Shown piece after piece: positions 56,984 to 62,273 of a stretch of DNA of 62,273 nucleotides. The translations under genes were made by a program, and so were the position numbers. Numbering within the stretch: the first letter of the stretch is position 1; every line of letters begins with the position of its first letter. A model generated the notes under the pieces. That model did no database searches. It was not told the DNA's origin and saw only the letters and a program-made list of their open reading frames with translations. The DNA comes from a virus. Its lineage: Duplodnaviria; Caudoviricetes. The DNA lies in the IMG/VR virus record IMGVR_UViG_3300046779_000501, positions 1-62,273 of that record; one strand, written 5' to 3'.

Positions 56984-57508
56984 TTAGAACGGTGCGCTTC
57001 CGTCGTTAGCGTTCTCATCGACAGGTTCGTTCTGTGCGACAGGTTCGTTATTAACGGGTGTTGCATCATTCGCAGGTGTCTGCTTCAACGCATTCACGGG
57101 AACTGCCGCTCTACTCGCGAACATGTTAGCGATGATAGACTTACTCGCTACTTCAGCGATTTGTTTCGCCATCTCGCTTCTAACTTCCGCTTCGATACCG
57201 TTCTTACGAGCGATACTGCGTAGCTTGCGTTCTTCGAAGTTAACCACGTAAGCACGTCCTGTCGTAGGACTCACGGTTACTTCGATGTTCACGCCTACGT
57301 GACCTGGATGCATGTACAACGGAAGACCAGTCTCTTCGCAATGTTGCAACTTATATCCTTGCGATGCAAGAAATTGCGAATATGCGTTCAACTCTGTCTG
57401 TGTCGCATCTACGATTCTGTAGACGAACATGTCCATCAACTGACCTTTGCGGTCACCGTTCTTGATTTTCACGGAGAACACTCCGTTTGGTTTTTCTACT
57501 GCTTTCAC
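56984..57508 (-). CDS. Putative early protein with SSB-like tail (ends GSAPF)
   Basis: GTG start overlapping the upstream stop, low-complexity linker, DGSAPF end. Paralog of 57780-58283. Confidence 0.7.
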   Translation of the reverse strand: MKAVEKPNGVFSVKIKNGDRKGQLMDMFVYRIVDATQTELNAYSQFLASQGYKLQHCEETGLPLYMHPGHVGVNIEVTVSPTTGRAYVVNFEERKLRSIARKNGIEAEVRSEMAKQIAEVASKSIIANMFASRAAVPVNALKQTPANDATPVNNEPVAQNEPVDENANDGSAPF

Positions 57509-57687
57509 TGTAGTATAGTATTAAAATGCGTAAGGACGTCACGCTCGTACAATCGACACCTATCGACTGCACCGAAATAGAAATCGTTCCCCAAATAGAA
57601 AAAACCCCGTAGATTACGCACCTGTCGACACGGACGACACCAACGTAATTTGTCGGTAGAATAGTAATCATTCGACATATACGACAT
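57505..57687 (-). CDS. 60-aa putative early protein
   Basis: A-rich leader (acaaaaacaaa-ATG), 4-nt overlap with the downstream start, CxxC. Confidence 0.5.
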   Translation of the reverse strand: MSYMSNDYYSTDKLRWCRPCRQVRNLRGFFYLGNDFYFGAVDRCRLYERDVLTHFNTILQ

Positions 57688-57741
57688 TTTGTTTTTGTCG
57701 TTCTATGTAGATTCGTTCTCCATATAGAGATTGAAAAACAA

Positions 57742-57768
57742 CAGACACTCACGCTAGTGAGTGCCTGT
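57742..57768 (-). terminator. Hairpin downstream of the 57780-58283 gene
   Basis: CACTCAC-gcta-GTGAGTG stem followed on the - strand by TCTGTTGTTTTT. Confidence 0.5.
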
Positions 57769-57779
57769 GTTTTGAGATC

Positions 57780-58283
57780 TTAGAATGGTGCACTACCAGC
57801 ATCAGACTGCTGTTCTTCAATCGGATCTGCTTCAGGAGCAGGTGGTTGAGCAGCAGCAGCAGGAGCGTCAGCGACTGGTGCAGCAGCGACAACCTTTCCT
57901 GCGACGATCTCGCGGATCTCCTGCATCGCCATACGCTCGATGCGGTTTAACCCCGCGTCTGTCGTAGTGAGTGCAGGATACTCTTCTTGCAGACGCTTCT
58001 CGATTTCCCCGCTGCTGATGATAAACCAGCGGGTTAAACCCGTCTTCGGATCGAGCTTGTTGGAGCGATAGCAGTATGCATCTCCGCGATGTCGCTTACT
58101 ATTCCAGCTCCTGATCATTGGAAGACCCGTCGCTGAATCAGGTCTGCTCTTCGGATTGTCGCGGAGAAATACTGCGAGAGCATCTCCTGCTAATCCGTGG
58201 ATAAGGAATGTGTGCGTGACGAAACGCGTTCCGTCGAAGGACTCCCCCTTCGCGGAATTGGAAAACTGTAATTTGTAATACAT
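57780..58283 (-). CDS. Putative early protein with SSB-like tail (ends GSAPF)
   Basis: Ala/Pro linker, DAGSAPF end, TGLP motif shared with 56984-57508. Confidence 0.7.
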   Translation of the reverse strand: MYYKLQFSNSAKGESFDGTRFVTHTFLIHGLAGDALAVFLRDNPKSRPDSATGLPMIRSWNSKRHRGDAYCYRSNKLDPKTGLTRWFIISSGEIEKRLQEEYPALTTTDAGLNRIERMAMQEIREIVAGKVVAAAPVADAPAAAAQPPAPEADPIEEQQSDAGSAPF

Positions 58284-58291
58284 CTAATCTG

Positions 58292-58631
58292 TAAGTCGTA
58301 TTAGTTAGACGCGAAGCGGTACATTAGTAACGCCACGACACGCAGTGGCGTGAAAAAGGTCACACCTTGTACATTACGATTAAGTCGTATTAGTTAGAAT
58401 GCGATAGAATCGCGCGCCTCAATTGTACTTGAGGACGCGCAATCCATTAGGTGCATACACAGCACCCCTACACTTGCTTGCGTGTGAGCACGCTTCGTCG
58501 AACGTAGTAAATACTACACTCTTGTCAGTCATGACACTGTGCTTACCAACACGTTGGTACACTTGATAAATAACTTTGTACATAAACTTTTTTTATTTAA
58601 TTACACCCATCATTCAGTTGTATCAGTTAGA
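58292..58631 (-). repeat. Dispersed 17-18 bp repeat, candidate early promoter (- strand TCTAACTRATACRACT)
   Basis: TAAGTCGTATTAGTTAGA exact at 58292-58309 and 58381-58398. Variant CAGTTGTATCAGTTAGA at 58615-58631. Confidence 0.7.
58419..58583 (-). CDS. 54-aa putative first early gene (not in ORF track)
   Basis: A-rich leader. MYKVIYQVYQRVGKHSVMTDKSVVFTTFDEACSHASKCRGAVYAPNGLRVLKYN. A repeat copy lies about 30 nt upstream. Confidence 0.5.
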   Translation of the reverse strand: MYKVIYQVYQRVGKHSVMTDKSVVFTTFDEACSHASKCRGAVYAPNGLRVLKYN

Positions 58632-58940
58632 AAAGAAGAGGGGGTACCCCGGTAGAGCGACAGCACCCGGGGACGTCGCGCATACGACCCCCTACACTCT
58701 CTCCTACATTAGTAATCTCGTGCCGTAATAACCCCAGGGGTACACGCACAACCAGATGTACCCGGGGGTATAATACTCAGTGGTATAATTATAACTGGTT
58801 ATATAACACCCGTTAAGGTATGATTATGTATGTTATAACGGACATTATACCCTAAAAGGTGTGCTAATGCATATTATATATGACATTATGTAGATAATCC
58901 GAATTATGCTTTTATACTTGTAGATATCTTTGTACTTTCG
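58632..58940. other. Divergent non-coding switch region with GC palindromes (candidate genome terminus/packaging/origin region)
   Basis: GGGGTACCCC palindrome, GGGTACA/TGTACCC hairpin, repeated AYACC-N4-6-GGTRT-like sites, strand switch. Confidence 0.4.
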
Positions 58941-58952
58941 TATATTATATAT
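58940..58952 (+). promoter_or_regulatory. Candidate late promoter motif GTATATTATATAT
   Basis: Identical to 18411-18423, abuts the ATG at 58953. Confidence 0.5.
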
Positions 58953-59402
58953 ATGGCGACTAATAACTATTTTGACATAGCTAGCGGAAAGATTATACCG
59001 ATTCCCACACCAGATAAACAAGTACCTAATGCACCCGGAGTGGTTATCATTGATGCTTATGCGCTTGGTGTAGATGAGTATACGATTTCCCCTACTGAGT
59101 TTACGTCTTATGATATGACGTTTATTGTTGCTGGTGCTGCTTCAATAGGTAAGAGTATTGTTGTTAATCTTCCCGATGTTAGTAATGTGGCACCTCCCCA
59201 AAAGATTACTATAAAGAATATATCACCTGATAATGTGGATCTGTATGCTTCGAGAGTAGATGCAGATACTTATGCGTTAGGTAACTATTTCCAAACTTTA
59301 AATACTCCGAATGTATCCGGAAATAAATCATCTATTAGCTTGATTGCTGATAATCAGTATGATGCACAATGGTACATAACTAACTTGTTTATATATCCAT
59401 AA
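58953..59402 (+). CDS. Putative tail/structural protein (beta-rich)
   Basis: V.LP......ITIKN...S..L......WYI pattern seen in tail-fibre distal domains. Confidence 0.55.
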   Translation: MATNNYFDIASGKIIPIPTPDKQVPNAPGVVIIDAYALGVDEYTISPTEFTSYDMTFIVAGAASIGKSIVVNLPDVSNVAPPQKITIKNISPDNVDLYASRVDADTYALGNYFQTLNTPNVSGNKSSISLIADNQYDAQWYITNLFIYP

Positions 59403-59415
59403 AAAATAAAAAATA

Positions 59416-62151
59416 ATGAACGTACTTCTTAGTTCTTTTCCAGGTGCCAACATGAACGACAAACTTGTTTATGCGGGTGCCAATGCTGTAGCAGGTTCTG
59501 TTATTGACTGTACATCCTATACAGGAACACAAACAATCACTAGAACGATTAGTGTTACTCGAAGCTTAACTTTTATACTTGGTAATGCTAGCTTAGTTGC
59601 AAACTTTGCAGCAGGTGATATTAACTCGCACATCTTTTGGGTGTTAGCAGATAATGTTCGTATTGAAGGTGTTAGCCGCACTAGTAATGCTACAGCAAAC
59701 GGTTATACCCGTTTTACAATGACTAACCAAGCTAGAGGTTACCATGTATTTGTAGGAAATAACACCGCATCAGGTGGTACTACATGGACTACCTATAATA
59801 ACTTCTCAATGGCAAACATTGATTGTCAAGGTATTCAGTCTGTTATTACAAATAGTGGTGGATCACCTGTATACGGAACAACTGGATCAGGAGGTGTATT
59901 TGTATTGAGTGGTAATCCGTCATCTGAGACAAGCACTGTATCTAATGTACGTATTGATAATGTATGGGTATCAGGAACAAGAACCCACGGTATCTTCTTA
60001 TATAATGCTGTAAACTCTAAGTTGACTAACTGTAGAGTAAGTTCTACAGCAGGTCATGGTATCTTCCTGTATAAAGGAAAAGGCAACTCATTAGACACAT
60101 GTTTTGCAACAGGTTGTAACCTTGCTGGTTTCTCTATTAAGGAAAACAACTATACTAGCTTGACTAGTTGTGCATCTGACTCTAATGGTATGGGTTATAT
60201 TCTAGATGAGAGTATGAACTGTACCCTAACTTCTTGTGGTGCCGAGGCAAACGTAATCCGAGTTACCCAACCAAACAACTTGGGTGTAACTATGGCAGCG
60301 TCAACACCATTTACCTTAACTGATATTGGTGCTGAAGCAGCGTTTAGATTTAAAGGAACTAGTTTCTGGTTAAGTTCAGGTTTGAATGTACAAAGTTGTG
60401 AGTCTAATAGTTTGATAAGCTGTTACTCTAAAGATCCTAGTAATGTATTAACAGGAGTATTTACAAGTGAGTACACTGCTCACTTTGGTCTAACAGGATA
60501 CGTTAGAAACTGTAGTATTATCAGTCCTAATACAGCTGGTACTGCTGTAACTAAGTATATCTTTAGATTAGATGAAAGTACGGTGGATGATGCATTTGTA
60601 CCTGGATTCAATACTATTAACTATAGAGCAATAAGTTACGATCCTACCAATCCAACAGAATCTGCTAATGGTTCATTTGCAGCAGTTGCTACAGTACTTG
60701 ATCAGGGTGCTTCAAATATGTTTGAACTAGCTGGTTCAGTAAAGTCATTTAATAATACTTCTCAAACTCTTGTTAAGACAGATGCTTATGCTAATGTAAA
60801 TAGAGAGATAGTCACTGATACTTTAGTTATTCCTACATATACATCACACCCTACTGTTCCTGGTAACTATGCAGGAGGTATGTATTTCAATACTACATTG
60901 AATAAGTTGTATATGTGGAATAATGGTTGGTATGACACATGTTGCAGTACTGTTACTACACCTGCATGTGCGTGGCCGTCTGGTTTCACTTATCCTGGTA
61001 ATCAAAATATTTTAAATCGCCTTGATCTAAAAGTAATTTTTGCTAATAATGTAGCTTATGTAGTAAGTGCAGCTAATTCAACATCAACACCTTATTCAAC
61101 TTTTGGATTACTTGATTTAAGTAATAATGCTTTTTATAATATACAAGAATCTTATGGTATAGATCAATATGAATGGATGTTTGATGTTGGTGAGAATAGT
61201 GCGGGTCAATTATGTACATACGCATTAGGTTATATACCCAATAGTGTTGGTAATCTCGGTGACTATACTACAGGAACACGTATATGGATGCGTAATACTG
61301 TAACTGGACAGGTTTCTTTTTTAGATGAGCCTGGTGATACAGAAATTCCAGGAGCTGTTTTAACTATGGGTGATGTGCGTGTAGCTGCTGATAAATTATG
61401 GGTATTTTTCAGAAGAGCTACTGCAGATAGAGCCTTATCATATATTAAATCTTATAGCTTAGATGATTTAAGTTTAATAGACTTTTACGATATTGAATCT
61501 CAATGGCCACTATCTGGAATGTCACCTAGATGTTATGCATCATATAGAGATAGAATGGTGTACGATGAAGTTAATGAAAACTTTATTTTAGGTGGTGGTG
61601 GTTCTTACCTTAATACATTTGGTCAAATATCTACGTTGTTTACATTTAATATACAAACAGGAACATTATCAGAATTAGATATTGTAAATGCTCCTAGTCT
61701 TATAAACAGAGGTTATCTTACTTTACACATTGCAAACGACATACTTTATATAGGATGCTCAAAAACAGGTAGCATTTATAAAAGAAGTATAACATCAGGT
61801 CCATATGACTATATTGGTAGTGTTTCTGTATTTGATGATATGAATATAACTGGTATACAATCATATACTGTAGGTGCTACAGATTATTTATTTGTTACTA
61901 GTTATACAGGAACGTTTTCAGGTTATCCTATAAATAACAATAGTAATAATACAATGTTATTCCTTTATGATGTTACCAATGATTTATTAGACTCAGCTAG
62001 CCAGATTGTTCCACTTTCCAATTTTTTTTACAAACCAATGGTTGCAATGACTGTTGATGAAACAAACGGTGTTTTATGGTTAAATACTCAAAATGCAGAA
62101 GACGGAACTCCTGCTGCAGGTAGTTTATTAAAAACTTGTTTACCAGCTTAA
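59416..62151 (+). CDS. Tailspike / tail fibre with right-handed beta-helix (pectate lyase-like) domain
   Basis: Repeats such as HGIFLY...NC....GHGIFLY...C.A..C...GF, a MYFNTTLNKLY.W linker, and a beta-propeller-like C-terminal part. Confidence 0.8.
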   Translation: MNVLLSSFPGANMNDKLVYAGANAVAGSVIDCTSYTGTQTITRTISVTRSLTFILGNASLVANFAAGDINSHIFWVLADNVRIEGVSRTSNATANGYTRFTMTNQARGYHVFVGNNTASGGTTWTTYNNFSMANIDCQGIQSVITNSGGSPVYGTTGSGGVFVLSGNPSSETSTVSNVRIDNVWVSGTRTHGIFLYNAVNSKLTNCRVSSTAGHGIFLYKGKGNSLDTCFATGCNLAGFSIKENNYTSLTSCASDSNGMGYILDESMNCTLTSCGAEANVIRVTQPNNLGVTMAASTPFTLTDIGAEAAFRFKGTSFWLSSGLNVQSCESNSLISCYSKDPSNVLTGVFTSEYTAHFGLTGYVRNCSIISPNTAGTAVTKYIFRLDESTVDDAFVPGFNTINYRAISYDPTNPTESANGSFAAVATVLDQGASNMFELAGSVKSFNNTSQTLVKTDAYANVNREIVTDTLVIPTYTSHPTVPGNYAGGMYFNTTLNKLYMWNNGWYDTCCSTVTTPACAWPSGFTYPGNQNILNRLDLKVIFANNVAYVVSAANSTSTPYSTFGLLDLSNNAFYNIQESYGIDQYEWMFDVGENSAGQLCTYALGYIPNSVGNLGDYTTGTRIWMRNTVTGQVSFLDEPGDTEIPGAVLTMGDVRVAADKLWVFFRRATADRALSYIKSYSLDDLSLIDFYDIESQWPLSGMSPRCYASYRDRMVYDEVNENFILGGGGSYLNTFGQISTLFTFNIQTGTLSELDIVNAPSLINRGYLTLHIANDILYIGCSKTGSIYKRSITSGPYDYIGSVSVFDDMNITGIQSYTVGATDYLFVTSYTGTFSGYPINNNSNNTMLFLYDVTNDLLDSASQIVPLSNFFYKPMVAMTVDETNGVLWLNTQNAEDGTPAAGSLLKTCLPA

Positions 62152-62166
62152 TAATATTAAAAGACT

Positions 62167-62273
62167 ATGGTAGTAAAATTAGAAAATATAGGAGCTGGTG
62201 ATTTCCAGTCTCGACTAGCAATAGCAGCAGCAACAGTTTCTAACGGGACTGTTGTTGACTGTACATTTTATAC
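62167..62273 (+). CDS. Start of a second tailspike paralog (3' truncated)
   Basis: MVVKLENIGAGDFQSRLAIAAATVSNGTVVDCTFY aligns with MNVLLSSFPGANMNDKLVYAGANAVAGSVIDCTSY of the previous gene. Confidence 0.65.
   Translation, partial: MVVKLENIGAGDFQSRLAIAAATVSNGTVVDCTFY

Noticed and set aside
57299-57967. Alternative ORFs 57299-57580 (+), 57453-57752 (-), 57785-57967 (+)
   Set aside because: They overlap better-supported genes and lack A-rich leaders. The GC-richer sequence makes spurious ORFs likely.
58292-58398. Mini CRISPR array
   Set aside because: Only two exact 18-bp copies with a 71-nt spacer, and no cas operon. The PD-(D/E)XK nuclease is a replication-module gene.
1-62273. Stop-codon reassignment as in some crAss-like phages
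   Set aside because: Giant ORFs are intact in code 11, and TAA, TAG and TGA all end tightly coupled genes.

Overview
This window is about 62 kb of a lytic crAss-like (Crassvirales-type) podovirus genome in standard code 11. The likely host is a Bacteroidota/Flavobacteria member, judged from TAnnTTTG-type promoters, AT-rich leaders without Shine-Dalgarno sites, and gene content. The + strand from 1 to 21.1 kb carries giant virion cargo proteins (including an unsplit virion RNA polymerase with the DFDIDK motif), a lysis cassette and small basic proteins. The - strand from 21.2 to 58.6 kb carries replication and nucleotide genes (PolB, primase, DnaB, SSB-like, AAA, PD-(D/E)XK nuclease, UDG, ThyX, MazG, SPL-like radical SAM), a MoxR/VWA module flanked by three paralogous genes, GroES, ClpS, an SF2 helicase and many small ORFs, ending in a GC-richer putative early region. 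After a divergent non-coding switch at about 58.6-58.95 kb, + strand tailspike genes begin. The most notable signal is a ~0.9 kb non-coding region (56.07-56.98 kb) of tandem multi-stem RNA-like elements ending in a candidate twister ribozyme, whose predicted cut site sits at the base of the preceding element's closing stem. Also notable are a related structured element at 44.4 kb, two early paralogs ending in GSAPF (possible SSB-tail mimics), and a 51-aa micro-protein ending in an RNR-like CxxCGS tail. All calls come from reading motifs by eye; no searches were run.
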